Source: a virus (taxonomy: Duplodnaviria; Caudoviricetes). Taken from it: DNA of 64,000 nt. The notes under the pieces are model-generated. The model saw nothing but the letters and a program-made list of their open reading frames with translations. It did not search any database and had not been told where the DNA came from. This document shows positions 22,644 to 31,661 of the stretch, piece after piece. How positions within the stretch are numbered: position 1 is the first letter of the stretch; the number at the start of each line of letters is the position of its first letter. Position numbers and translations under genes: made by a program. Where the stretch lies: positions 160,001-224,000 of IMG/VR virus record IMGVR_UViG_3300005259_000074. One strand, given 5' to 3'.

Positions 22644-23462
22644 TTGGAATCTCACATGAGAATGATGCACTTGTCAGATTTGCACATCGGAGCTGCTCCT
22701 CGGCCTAACGCGCTGAACAGCTGTTCTCCTGTTGTTCCGAGAGTGAAGAAACACGTAGCCGAGGAGAAGCCCGATGTCGTAGTGATATCCGGAGACATCT
22801 TCGAGTATGATGTTCCCATGGAGTCTCGAATCTTCACACTCAAACACATGTTCGGTGACATTCCGACAGTATTCTGCTTGGGCAACCACGAGTTCTTCTA
22901 TAGGAACGTCCCAGATGCGCTAGACATGCAGTACGCGTATGATAAAGTCCCAGGATTGTACTGTCTAGACACCTGCGGACACGTTGATATCAGTGGAGTC
23001 AGATTCGTCGGTAACGTACTCTGGTACGATGGAAAGCACAAGCTTCCAGGTCAGGTGATGGAAGAATGGGCTGATGGATGCTGGGCTGACCGTCTGATCG
23101 AGGATCACGCTTCTTCTTGGTGGTTGTTCAATGCAGCATGCATAAAGCAGATAACAGACAACATTGGTAATTCTGACAAAAAGAAAGTGTTGGTGACTCA
23201 CTGTGTCCCACACAGTGATCTCAATGCTTTCAACAAGCAGAAGCCGTCGTCTGACTTCAACGCATACAGCAGCACTGACATCATCGGCAAAGATGATGCG
23301 CTGTACGACGTCTTCGACTACGCTTTGTGCGGTCACACTCACAACCCAGTCAGAATGCAGATAGGAAAGACGCAGTGCTATTGCTCACGTCAAGACTACT
23401 TTAGGTACACGGGAGTCGTAGAGTATGATATCATCGAACTTCTTGATGCAAGTCGAGAATGA
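22644..23462 (+). CDS. Calcineurin-like metallophosphoesterase
   Basis: SDLH, SGD, GNHE, THCVP, GHTH. Confidence 0.88.
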   Translation: MESHMRMMHLSDLHIGAAPRPNALNSCSPVVPRVKKHVAEEKPDVVVISGDIFEYDVPMESRIFTLKHMFGDIPTVFCLGNHEFFYRNVPDALDMQYAYDKVPGLYCLDTCGHVDISGVRFVGNVLWYDGKHKLPGQVMEEWADGCWADRLIEDHASSWWLFNAACIKQITDNIGNSDKKKVLVTHCVPHSDLNAFNKQKPSSDFNAYSSTDIIGKDDALYDVFDYALCGHTHNPVRMQIGKTQCYCSRQDYFRYTGVVEYDIIELLDASRE

Positions 23463-23631
23463 ATCACTGAGCAACACACTGACTAAATTTTTAAACGGTG
23501 AACTGTCAGTGGAAGACTCCCGAGCAATCATCAGCACATCCGGCCTTTCTGAAGAAGCAAAGATGAATTACAACTTACTGCTAGATGTCGCTCTATCGAA
23601 GAAATGCGATAAGAAAATGGAAGAAATATGA
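23425..23631 (+). CDS. Hypothetical protein
   Basis: ends KKMEEI; start uncertain. Confidence 0.5.
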   Translation: MISSNFLMQVENESLSNTLTKFLNGELSVEDSRAIISTSGLSEEAKMNYNLLLDVALSKKCDKKMEEI

Positions 23632-23641
23632 AAGAGTTTCC

Positions 23642-23669
23642 TTTACATTCTTCATTTAGAGATTAATGT
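23642..23669 (+). promoter_or_regulatory. Early-type promoter TTTACA-N16-TAATGT
   Basis: cctttacatt context as at 744 and 1340. Confidence 0.55.
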
Positions 23670-23691
23670 ATCTTACAAGAGAGGGAACCTC

Positions 23692-23967
23692 ATGAGCGAG
23701 AGTAGAGTCAAACACAAAGGAAAGTACTACAAGATAGATGTTGATTGTGTGTTCGAGAAGACGCGAGAAGGCATGATAGGAAATTGGGAAGTGGCAAAAG
23801 AGATGTGTGAATTCTATCAGCCGCTGTTTAGTACGAGAATCGTGTGTAAGCACGCGTATTTCACTCGCTTGAGGAAGACGTGGAAACCTATCAAGTGTCA
23901 CGATCGCAGACGAAAAAAAGCGCAAATACGCGACTATGAGATAGCTGTTGCACTAGAAGAGGTGTGA
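23692..23967 (+). CDS. Hypothetical protein
   Basis: ends VALEEV. Confidence 0.6.
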   Translation: MSESRVKHKGKYYKIDVDCVFEKTREGMIGNWEVAKEMCEFYQPLFSTRIVCKHAYFTRLRKTWKPIKCHDRRRKKAQIRDYEIAVALEEV

Positions 23968-23968
23968 A

Positions 23969-24538
23969 GTGTCAAATTCGTTCATGTCTGAAGAAACTGA
24001 CGCAGTGATAGAAAAGACCGTTGAACTTGGAAGAGATATGTTGAAGACTAATGATATCTCCAAATTCTGTGAAGCTGAAGGCGGTCCTGACAAAGTCATC
24101 GAATTTTTGTCTGCAGCTGAGTCTATTTCCACCATATCATCAGTGGTGTCAACTTCTCAGAAAATCCTCAGATTCATCAATTCTTTTTTTAGAATCGTTC
24201 GGTTAGTGTTAATCACTGTTCTTACTGCTTGTTTTTTCTGGGTGTCTCCTCCGGTGACTTCGCTGTGGTGCGCAGTGGTTATGACGATCATTTTATTGGC
24301 AGCTTTTGTTGCGTTCGTAATAGCGCCGATTGTGATCTACTATTGCGAAGACAAGTTAGAAATCATAAATCCAAAAGTAGAGTTCTACGACACATTGTCT
24401 GCTGAGTGCAAGACAGTGTTAAACAATTTTGGGGGTAAAGAAGTTATCATAGCTTATATTGTGAGGACATATCCCATCACTACTGACAGAGTAGATGTCA
24501 TTATAGAAGAACTATATAAGAAATGGGGCGTCAAATGA
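23969..24538 (+). CDS. Membrane protein
   Basis: Two TM segments. Confidence 0.6.
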   Translation: MSNSFMSEETDAVIEKTVELGRDMLKTNDISKFCEAEGGPDKVIEFLSAAESISTISSVVSTSQKILRFINSFFRIVRLVLITVLTACFFWVSPPVTSLWCAVVMTIILLAAFVAFVIAPIVIYYCEDKLEIINPKVEFYDTLSAECKTVLNNFGGKEVIIAYIVRTYPITTDRVDVIIEELYKKWGVK

Positions 24539-24671
24539 TTAACATTCTTTTGGGAACGTTAGGAGCTTTCTCTATCGTCTTTACAATCACAATGATCTTT
24601 GGGTGGATGTTAAATGGTCTGTCTTTGAACAGACCACGGCATCGTACGAAGATCAGATACGTGAGTGCTAG

Positions 24672-24914
24672 ATGAACGAAGAACAGCCACTTAAAATTAT
24701 AACGGCATCCAATCCACAAGCTAAGAAGTTGTTTTGGACTGGCAAAGGTTGGTCATCACTATTCAAAGAAGCAAAAGCTTTTTCTGCAGATGACAACGTG
24801 ACAGCTGAATCATTCCTTGAAGTCATAAAGTTACATCCTCTTCTCCAACCACACTTCATAGTATCCCTTAAGTTGGCAGTCGAAGCCGCGGATCTCGGAG
24901 ACTCTAGACAATGA
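24672..24914 (+). CDS. Hypothetical protein
   Basis: 80 aa ORF. Confidence 0.55.
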   Translation: MNEEQPLKIITASNPQAKKLFWTGKGWSSLFKEAKAFSADDNVTAESFLEVIKLHPLLQPHFIVSLKLAVEAADLGDSRQ

Positions 24915-25717
24915 AACCGATTATCTTAGTGACGGCTCATGTGTCTGAGGAACACCTCGGAGAATTCTCGCTGTTGCAGAGATTAGGAGATGCACTGTTT
25001 AAGCAGCTGCCGAAGATCAGAAGTAGTGTCACACGTCTAGGCGTCAGAGTGGAGTACATCAGCGCAATAGAAGAAGCTGGCGGCATACCACTGATCGTGT
25101 CTCCATCTAATTCGACTGTCCGAGACGCTAGAGAACTGATGAAATCAGTAGACGGATTGCTGCTGACAGGAGGTCCACACTGGCCACCACAGACTTACAC
25201 TGACGATTTAGAAGTGATTTCTTCAGTCAGAGCAGAAGATTGTGTGTCGATGGATAAGTATAATGCCGATATCGCTCTTTTGAGGGAGGCTGAAGCCCTC
25301 AAAATTCCAATCCTCGGTATCTGCGCTGGTCAACAACTGATGGCTGTCAACAGAGGTGGAAAGCTTGAGAATGAATTCCACAACTTTGAAGTGCACAATG
25401 GGAATCTTCATGTTGTGTCGGTAATTCCCGGTTCTAATCTAAACCAGATGCTAGACGAGGAAATGTTGATCGTGAATTCGAACCACGTGCAGCGAGTCGA
25501 CCTAGATTCGCTGACAACGTGTGAATCTCTTAATCCAGTTGCATACAGCATAAATGACAAGACAGTAGAAGCGGTAGAAGATCCAACGAGAGATTTTTAT
25601 ATCGGTGTTCAGTGGCATCCCGAGAGGGATAGGAGCGAAGCTAACAGGAAGTTGTTCGCATCGTTTACCAGAGCTTGCATCAGGCGGCGGACAAGCCGCT
25701 CACTCGTTGAGCAGTGA
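24911..25717 (+). CDS. Peptidase C26 / gamma-glutamyl-GABA hydrolase (PuuD-like class I amidotransferase)
   Basis: EEAGGIP, DGLLLTGG, LGICAGQQL, VNSNH.Q, GVQWHPE. Confidence 0.88.
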   Translation: MKPIILVTAHVSEEHLGEFSLLQRLGDALFKQLPKIRSSVTRLGVRVEYISAIEEAGGIPLIVSPSNSTVRDARELMKSVDGLLLTGGPHWPPQTYTDDLEVISSVRAEDCVSMDKYNADIALLREAEALKIPILGICAGQQLMAVNRGGKLENEFHNFEVHNGNLHVVSVIPGSNLNQMLDEEMLIVNSNHVQRVDLDSLTTCESLNPVAYSINDKTVEAVEDPTRDFYIGVQWHPERDRSEANRKLFASFTRACIRRRTSRSLVEQ

Positions 25718-25921
25718 CGCCGTCCATTGACCGCAATAGTCGACGTGTGGCATGCCTATCACTGGGAACTTAGAACCGATCTTCTGAACTTTATGACCCA
25801 TGTCATCTAAGACTAGAGACACAACAGGGATTGGTGGATTCAACCTGCAGAAAGAATTGCGCTGATCGAAGTGCGCACAATTCTCGCAGTGACGGTCTAT
25901 TTGGTCATCGTAGTTGGTCAC
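25700..25921 (-). CDS. Small Cys-rich protein
   Basis: CENCAHF...CRLNPP...CGQW. Confidence 0.65.
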   Translation of the reverse strand: MTNYDDQIDRHCENCAHFDQRNSFCRLNPPIPVVSLVLDDMGHKVQKIGSKFPVIGMPHVDYCGQWTASLLNE

Positions 25922-25927
25922 AGATTA

Positions 25928-26347
25928 TCAGTCTTCTAGTTCATCTTCTTCATCGTCGAGATGAGGACCCTCACCTGGAGTCGAGACTGGCTTCAAGGGC
26001 TCATCGACGCCTGCTTTGCTGTTGGCGTTGAACGCCGCTGCTGGGACTATCGGATCAGTGACTCTGTTTCCGTCGACCGTCGCATCTAAGACGGCTTCTG
26101 GCTCAGACTTTGTTGGATTCGGTTTGGACGCGTCGATGTCATCGGCTGGGACATCGACTAACTTGCCGCCGTCCATCTTCTTATTGAACTCTTCGCCGCA
26201 GTTAGGGCAAGCTGACGGATAACTTCCTGGGTACTTCGGAAGGACGAATCCGCACTCGCACTTAGACCTGATTCTTCCTTGAGTTGCCAGGGCTCTCATG
26301 AGACCCTTGGTGAGGATGGCCTCGCAGATATTCTCAAAATTCTTCAT
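25928..26347 (-). CDS. Zn-ribbon protein with acidic tail
   Basis: CECG...CPNCG. Confidence 0.6.
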   Translation of the reverse strand: MKNFENICEAILTKGLMRALATQGRIRSKCECGFVLPKYPGSYPSACPNCGEEFNKKMDGGKLVDVPADDIDASKPNPTKSEPEAVLDATVDGNRVTDPIVPAAAFNANSKAGVDEPLKPVSTPGEGPHLDDEEDELED

Positions 26348-26388
26348 GATGTTCCTAGCTCCAGTTGACTGGAACTATTTACACCCGC

Positions 26389-26580
26389 TCAGGACAAAAG
26401 TATGTCACCGGACGTTTTTTCGCCATTGCCGTTCAACAATCTGGCTTCTTGAGCGAGTTTTTTCAGGCGAGTCGCCTCCCAAGCTGGGAGTTCTGACTCT
26501 CGGACGACTTTGCCGTCTATCATGAAGTCCTTCGTCTCTGGAATGTAAACGATGTTCTGATCTCTCATTCTGCTCTCCAC
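26389..26580 (-). CDS. Hypothetical protein
   Basis: 63 aa ORF. Confidence 0.5.
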   Translation of the reverse strand: MESRMRDQNIVYIPETKDFMIDGKVVRESELPAWEATRLKKLAQEARLLNGNGEKTSGDILLS

Positions 26581-26792
26581 ACCATGGGTTCTGTGCTCTC
26601 GACTATCCTGATCATGACGACATCCCAGTCTTCCATCTGTTTGACAGTGCAGTAGTCGACATCGTCCTCTCCGTCATCGCTGTCTATCATGTAGTCGTAC
26701 GTCTGACCGTCGACGTCGAACGGTCCTCTCCTGAAAATTACGCCGGTCTCGTCTTTGAAGGCGGTGATCTTGTCGTTGTTCCAGAACTTCAT
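26565..26792 (-). CDS. Hypothetical protein
   Basis: 75 aa ORF. Confidence 0.55.
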   Translation of the reverse strand: MKFWNNDKITAFKDETGVIFRRGPFDVDGQTYDYMIDSDDGEDDVDYCTVKQMEDWDVVMIRIVESTEPMVWRAE

Positions 26793-26961
26793 CGTTCGGT
26801 CCTCTTTGCCGTTGAGTTCATTGGTACTTCAGCACCAATGTCAAGATTCCTAATATGATGATCATCACGATCACCGGTCCTACAAAATCTTTAGATTGGT
26901 GTTTCATAATGGTATTTATCTTCCACTGAAGTCAAAAAATCATCTTTAAGAGATAAAATAG

Positions 26962-27006
26962 AACCCATCGTCAGGTGAAAAGGAGAAAATCACCTGACGA
27001 TGGGTT
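26962..27006 (-). terminator. Rho-independent terminator
   Basis: 17-bp stem AACCCATCGTCAGGTGA/TCACCTGACGATGGGTT followed by a T-rich run on the minus strand. Confidence 0.75.
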
Positions 27007-27014
27007 ATCCGAAA

Positions 27015-27212
27015 CTACTTCGCCTTTGCTTCAGCTACACTGAGTTTCCTGTACTCGGTGACGAGCTTCTTGAGCGAGTTTATGGCTTTCCTAGCACGAG
27101 CAGAAGCGGCTCTGTTGCCAGCAGCACCCTTCTCGTGGTCGACAGCGAACTCGGCCCATAGTGCATTCATCTCAGCAAAAACGACCCCAGTTGTTCTCTC
27201 CATGACCCTCAC
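27015..27212 (-). CDS. Histone H1-like (Hc1-family) protein
   Basis: EKGAAGNRAASARARKAINSLKKLVTEYRKLSV. Confidence 0.75.
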   Translation of the reverse strand: MRVMERTTGVVFAEMNALWAEFAVDHEKGAAGNRAASARARKAINSLKKLVTEYRKLSVAEAKAK

Positions 27213-27243
27213 ACTTACCTTTCACTTTGTTTGTCGCAGTCTC

Positions 27244-27672
27244 TCACCTGCGCATCTTCTTTATGTTTGCCAGGATAGCATCCTGATTTGAGAGCGATTC
27301 CCTGAATGTTAATATACCCGTCGGTGTGTTGAATTCTTTCTTATCAGAAGGAGCAACCGTTGAATTAGGAGTATCTTCTGAAATTATTGCATCAGATTTA
27401 GCAACGATAGGGATTCCTCCGTTCATCATCTGTCGATAAGCGTCGCAGAGACCTTTTGCTTCTTTCTTCTGTGCGATTACGGCTGCTTTCTGCTTTTCAA
27501 CATTCTCTTTCATGTTACCGGTGAGTTTAGACGTGTCGACTGATTTATCGAGGATAGAACCTCCTGAATTCTTAGTAGTCGCACCTGTCAACGGATCTAT
27601 CTTGACATCTTTAACACCCGCCATTGCTGCTATTATAGACAGCGCAGCATTCTTTCCATCGACTTTATTCAC
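27244..27672 (-). CDS. Hypothetical protein, possibly late
   Basis: Preceded by AATAAATA (27691-27698). Confidence 0.6.
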   Translation of the reverse strand: MNKVDGKNAALSIIAAMAGVKDVKIDPLTGATTKNSGGSILDKSVDTSKLTGNMKENVEKQKAAVIAQKKEAKGLCDAYRQMMNGGIPIVAKSDAIISEDTPNSTVAPSDKKEFNTPTGILTFRESLSNQDAILANIKKMRR

Positions 27673-27689
27673 AAATCACCTCTTTAATT

Positions 27690-28436
27690 CTATTTATTGT
27701 GATTAGTGAACCAGTGCATTTCTCTCTCGTAGTGGGTCATCATCAGGTCATTATAGAACGAATCGGAAAGGACGACCCCACTCTCTACGTTATGCGCTGT
27801 CGAAAAAGCTCCACCACAGTGTGTGGCTTTTCGGGGGACAGCGTAAGCCAGTTCTTTTCCAGAAGCGAGGAATTTCTTTGACATACAAGAATCTAGTGCA
27901 CCTCCCCATTCTTTTTCGACGAAGTATCCTCCAGCATTCTCCAAAAAATCTCGTCGTAGAACCCATATCCCACCGTTTATGATGTCTGTGGACACGTATT
28001 TCTGTCCTCTGAATTCTTTTTCTTCGCCTTTCAGACCAGAATTTAAGATGTCTTTCAGCTCTCCTCTTTGGCACAAGAAATAGCTGGCTACTCCGATGTT
28101 TTTACTGTCCAACAAACTTAATAGTGGACAGAGCCAGTCTTCCCACACGAAGATGTCTCCGTCTAACTTGACTATCACATCTCCTCTAGCTACTTCTATG
28201 CCTCGTCTGAAGTACTCAGGCGTACGAGTGATATCGTGCACACCTCGTTCATTAGTGAGCGATATCAGAGAAGAAATGGGTTTGTGAGCTAAAGACTCAT
28301 CTAACCCATCTTCCGAACCGGCATCTACGCCTATTATCTCGCAATCAGTCAAGTCTGTGTGAGCCAACACTGACTCCAGACATATCTCAGACAGTCGTTT
28401 TCTGTTCTTGAACAGCACTACGATAGAGCACTTCAT
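27690..28436 (-). CDS. GT2 glycosyltransferase
   Basis: SIVV..KNR, VDAGSEDG, VKLDGD. Confidence 0.85.
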   Translation of the reverse strand: MKCSIVVLFKNRKRLSEICLESVLAHTDLTDCEIIGVDAGSEDGLDESLAHKPISSLISLTNERGVHDITRTPEYFRRGIEVARGDVIVKLDGDIFVWEDWLCPLLSLLDSKNIGVASYFLCQRGELKDILNSGLKGEEKEFRGQKYVSTDIINGGIWVLRRDFLENAGGYFVEKEWGGALDSCMSKKFLASGKELAYAVPRKATHCGGAFSTAHNVESGVVLSDSFYNDLMMTHYEREMHWFTNHNK

Positions 28437-28463
28437 CTTAGAAATTTCCTAATTTTACAAGAT

Positions 28464-29156
28464 TCAACTTATCGGCTTTCTTGGCAACTTGAACGCAGAG
28501 TTGACATCTGTGTTCTTTCTCAAACCAAATGCTGAAGAATATCCAGTCAATTTCACTCTGTACATCAAAAGATCATCGATGTCACCCCAGGGGTAGGCGA
28601 ACGAATCACACGTGACGCCGAGCTGACGTTCTATCATTTGTTTAGGCACTATCAATTCGCAAAAGACTCGTTGGCTGAACTCAGCGTCAGTCTCCACTCG
28701 TCCCCTGAGGGCGTCGTACTCTCTATTCACTAATCCATTTTTGAAACATCCACCTATGTTTTTCCGTCCTAGCAGAGCTCGTGGATCTTTTTCGAGCTCA
28801 TTCACATGACTAGTCGCTACTTTAGAGTGTGTCAGAGAGTGCGCGCCGACGTCGAATACGTCTAGGTTTCTTCTCCAGAAATTCCAGTCGACTATTAGAG
28901 AGGACATGTTGGGATTCATTGTTATCAAGAACGTTAGAGCTCTGATCTTCTTCTTTCGCAAGAACGCTGGAATGTCTGGATACCGTTGCTCAAAACCGTC
29001 ATCAAAAGTCATCAGCGCGCATGCTGAGTTAAGAGAGGAGGCAATGTACGTCTTGTAGTCTACGAACGTCAGAGAGTTCTCAGCAGCATCAGCTAACGCG
29101 CACTCTATCTTAGAGTTCCAATCATCTTTGACGTGAATGCAGTATGCGCATTTCAT
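28464..29156 (-). CDS. Polysaccharide deacetylase (NodB-like)
   Basis: MTFDDG, GAHSLTH, FAYPWG. Confidence 0.85.
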   Translation of the reverse strand: MKCAYCIHVKDDWNSKIECALADAAENSLTFVDYKTYIASSLNSACALMTFDDGFEQRYPDIPAFLRKKKIRALTFLITMNPNMSSLIVDWNFWRRNLDVFDVGAHSLTHSKVATSHVNELEKDPRALLGRKNIGGCFKNGLVNREYDALRGRVETDAEFSQRVFCELIVPKQMIERQLGVTCDSFAYPWGDIDDLLMYRVKLTGYSSAFGLRKNTDVNSAFKLPRKPIS

Positions 29157-29761
29157 TTTTCGACGACGAAAAGGTCGCTCCTGAAGTTGTCAATGCTCAC
29201 TGGAATGTGTTCAACTGTCGAGAATACACTTGCAAGTTCTCTGAGCATTTGTTCTCTGCTAAATTTCCAGACGTTCCCAAAAGAGTCAGCGTTCTTCTTC
29301 AAGTGCGTTGCGTTGTCAGTTACTGGTATCTCCATGAACGCAAGACCTCGTTCTCTCAGCACTGATTCGACGTTCGTCAGCGCTAATTCGTAGTCTTCGA
29401 TCTCTTCGAGCACGTGTTGGAACAGCACTACGTCAAAGCGATTAGGCCCAAAGTGTTCTTTCAAATTTTCCATGCCGACACATTCGTCTACGAAAGCCAC
29501 ATACCTGTGGTCAACTGGATTTCCAGTCTTCCACTTGTCGACACACTTGTACTCGCTTCGGAAGTTGTCTTTGAGCCATTTTCCGAACACCCATTCGTTC
29601 AACGGAGCTATTTCGAGGATAGACCCACCAGTGTTCAAGCGGACAGCTAACACTTCACTCAGGAATCTCTGTCTCTCCATAGCGCCACAGACGCAGCAGA
29701 CTCTCTTAGGTCTGTCTAGAGTCCCGTCGAATTTGTCAGAACCACAGATGAAGCAGCTCAT
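29153..29761 (-). CDS. SAM-dependent methyltransferase with N-terminal CxxC
   Basis: CFIC...CCVCGAMERQR, LEIAP, FDVVLFQHVLEEI. Confidence 0.8.
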   Translation of the reverse strand: MSCFICGSDKFDGTLDRPKRVCCVCGAMERQRFLSEVLAVRLNTGGSILEIAPLNEWVFGKWLKDNFRSEYKCVDKWKTGNPVDHRYVAFVDECVGMENLKEHFGPNRFDVVLFQHVLEEIEDYELALTNVESVLRERGLAFMEIPVTDNATHLKKNADSFGNVWKFSREQMLRELASVFSTVEHIPVSIDNFRSDLFVVEK

Positions 29762-30519
29762 GTCAGTTTGTGTTTCCTTTTGAATACAATCATATTTTCT
29801 TCTTGCATCCGTCTGACTTCTTCTTCACCAAACACAGATTTGAAAGTTGTTCGATGGTGATGTAGTACATACGATGATGGAACAAAAGCTATTTTTCGTC
29901 CAACTTTCGTCATTCTAGCGCAAAAATCATCATCATCTCCCAATCCGCTCTTGAACACTTCGTCTAGCATGCCGAGTTCGTTGAACACTCCTCTGTCGAA
30001 CATAGTGCAGAAAAACGCTACCATAGATACTCGGCGGATTACGTCGTCGTAACGTTCTTTTAACACTCCAGATGCCGAGTCAATTGACATTCTAGATAGG
30101 TCTGGTATGTCTTTGAACATGTTGTTCTTGACATTCTGCCATCCTTGCCAGCTTCCCGATGTATTCGTCATCGGTCCGCTCGCGCTGTAACCTGTCGACA
30201 GAGGTTTTTTCAGCCTGTCCATCCACCCCGGAGTGACTTCGGTGTCGTTGTTCTGCAGCACCAAGTACTCAGAATCTCCAGCTGATATCCCTATGTTAGT
30301 CGCTTTGACGAAACCTAAATTCTTCTCCAACCAAATTGAGACGTAGTCGTGTCTAATTATTTCAGCTAATACCGTCTTTCGAGATTCTTCAGAAGAACCG
30401 TTGTCAACCCACACTATGCGGTAATCATCTTTCGGTGTGTGCTTTCTGATGCTTTCTAAGCACTTGACGGTGAAGTTCTCTTGGTTGAAAGTTGGAATGA
30501 CGATGTCCGTCTTCATCAC
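29758..30519 (-). CDS. GT2 glycosyltransferase
   Basis: IVIPTFNQ, VDNGS, N.GFVKATN.G, QNNDT, DDDDF. Confidence 0.9.
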   Translation of the reverse strand: MMKTDIVIPTFNQENFTVKCLESIRKHTPKDDYRIVWVDNGSSEESRKTVLAEIIRHDYVSIWLEKNLGFVKATNIGISAGDSEYLVLQNNDTEVTPGWMDRLKKPLSTGYSASGPMTNTSGSWQGWQNVKNNMFKDIPDLSRMSIDSASGVLKERYDDVIRRVSMVAFFCTMFDRGVFNELGMLDEVFKSGLGDDDDFCARMTKVGRKIAFVPSSYVLHHHRTTFKSVFGEEEVRRMQEENMIVFKRKHKLT

Positions 30520-31655
30520 TTTCCACCATGTTTCTTTTTCACCGCGTTAGAAGCTTCCTGCCACGATATGCTGTTCTTCGTGATGCCATCTTCTCGATCA
30601 AGAGCAGTGAATAAGTATTCGTCTATCCACCGTCCAGTCTTTCCTCGTTCATTCATTGTCAAGAACATGTCCCAATCTTGGAGCCTCTTTAAATTCTCGT
30701 CGAATTCGACTAAGTCTCTAGCCTTCACCAGCGACATTGTAGAGCAGAAGTTCTTCTTTTTAAGGATAGATGGATCAAACTCAAAGAACTTATGACGCTT
30801 GTTCCCTACTTTGAAATTGCAATACACCCATGAATCTTCTGGATGATCATGCATAGTTTGCACCATCTTCGCGAAAATCGTTTGGTTTAACTTCACATCT
30901 GAGTCACAGAAAAATACAAATTCTCCTTTAGCTAACTTAATTCCAGCATTTCTCGCAGCTGATGCACCCTTGTTAGTCCCCATCGACACAGAGACTTTTA
31001 AACCATGCTGTTCTAACACTTCATCCAACCTGTCTCTGTCAGAAGAACCATCATCTACTACAATTATTTCGAAATGGTTGTACAGCTGACTCTTCAGAGA
31101 ATTCAGTGTGTCAGCGATGAAAGAACTAGAATTGAAACACGGTATGACTACAGATATGAGGCCGGGAGAGAATGTCTTATCATCATTTAGTGATTTCAAT
31201 TCATCCTTCTTTTGAGATTCTATCTTTTCGTATGTGAACGCACAGTAAAGTTCGCCGTTCTTGATATTTCCATTTACAAACATTACTTCTGAAGAATGTG
31301 TGCGAGTTCCCCACTTACAAGTCACAGACGAACCTATGACACCGTTGCTTGTCGTGATCTTGATGAAGTACTTATCCCCTAGTCTCAACGAAGAGTTACA
31401 CTGGAACTTGGTGAACGCGTTGTCGACAAAGGCGTTTCCAGATGCGTTCTTGATAAAGACTCGTTTATTGTCGATGTCCAGTATCTCGACAATGATGTTG
31501 GCTGCGATCCACTTCTTCTTAAAAGTCGCAAAATTGACTGACAGTGTTTTAAGTTTGTCGCCGATCGCTGTGAAAGATTGCAACACAGCCCCTCCTGTCA
31601 CTAGCTCACCGGTTGTGCCGGAGGCGCCCCCATAGACCTCTTCATTAACTTGCAT
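30516..31655 (-). CDS. GT2 glycosyltransferase with extra N-terminal beta-rich domain
   Basis: ISVVIPCFN, VDDGS, GASAARNAG, FCDSD, QDWD. Confidence 0.88.
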   Translation of the reverse strand: MQVNEEVYGGASGTTGELVTGGAVLQSFTAIGDKLKTLSVNFATFKKKWIAANIIVEILDIDNKRVFIKNASGNAFVDNAFTKFQCNSSLRLGDKYFIKITTSNGVIGSSVTCKWGTRTHSSEVMFVNGNIKNGELYCAFTYEKIESQKKDELKSLNDDKTFSPGLISVVIPCFNSSSFIADTLNSLKSQLYNHFEIIVVDDGSSDRDRLDEVLEQHGLKVSVSMGTNKGASAARNAGIKLAKGEFVFFCDSDVKLNQTIFAKMVQTMHDHPEDSWVYCNFKVGNKRHKFFEFDPSILKKKNFCSTMSLVKARDLVEFDENLKRLQDWDMFLTMNERGKTGRWIDEYLFTALDREDGITKNSISWQEASNAVKKKHGGK

Positions 31656-31661
31656 TTTCTC

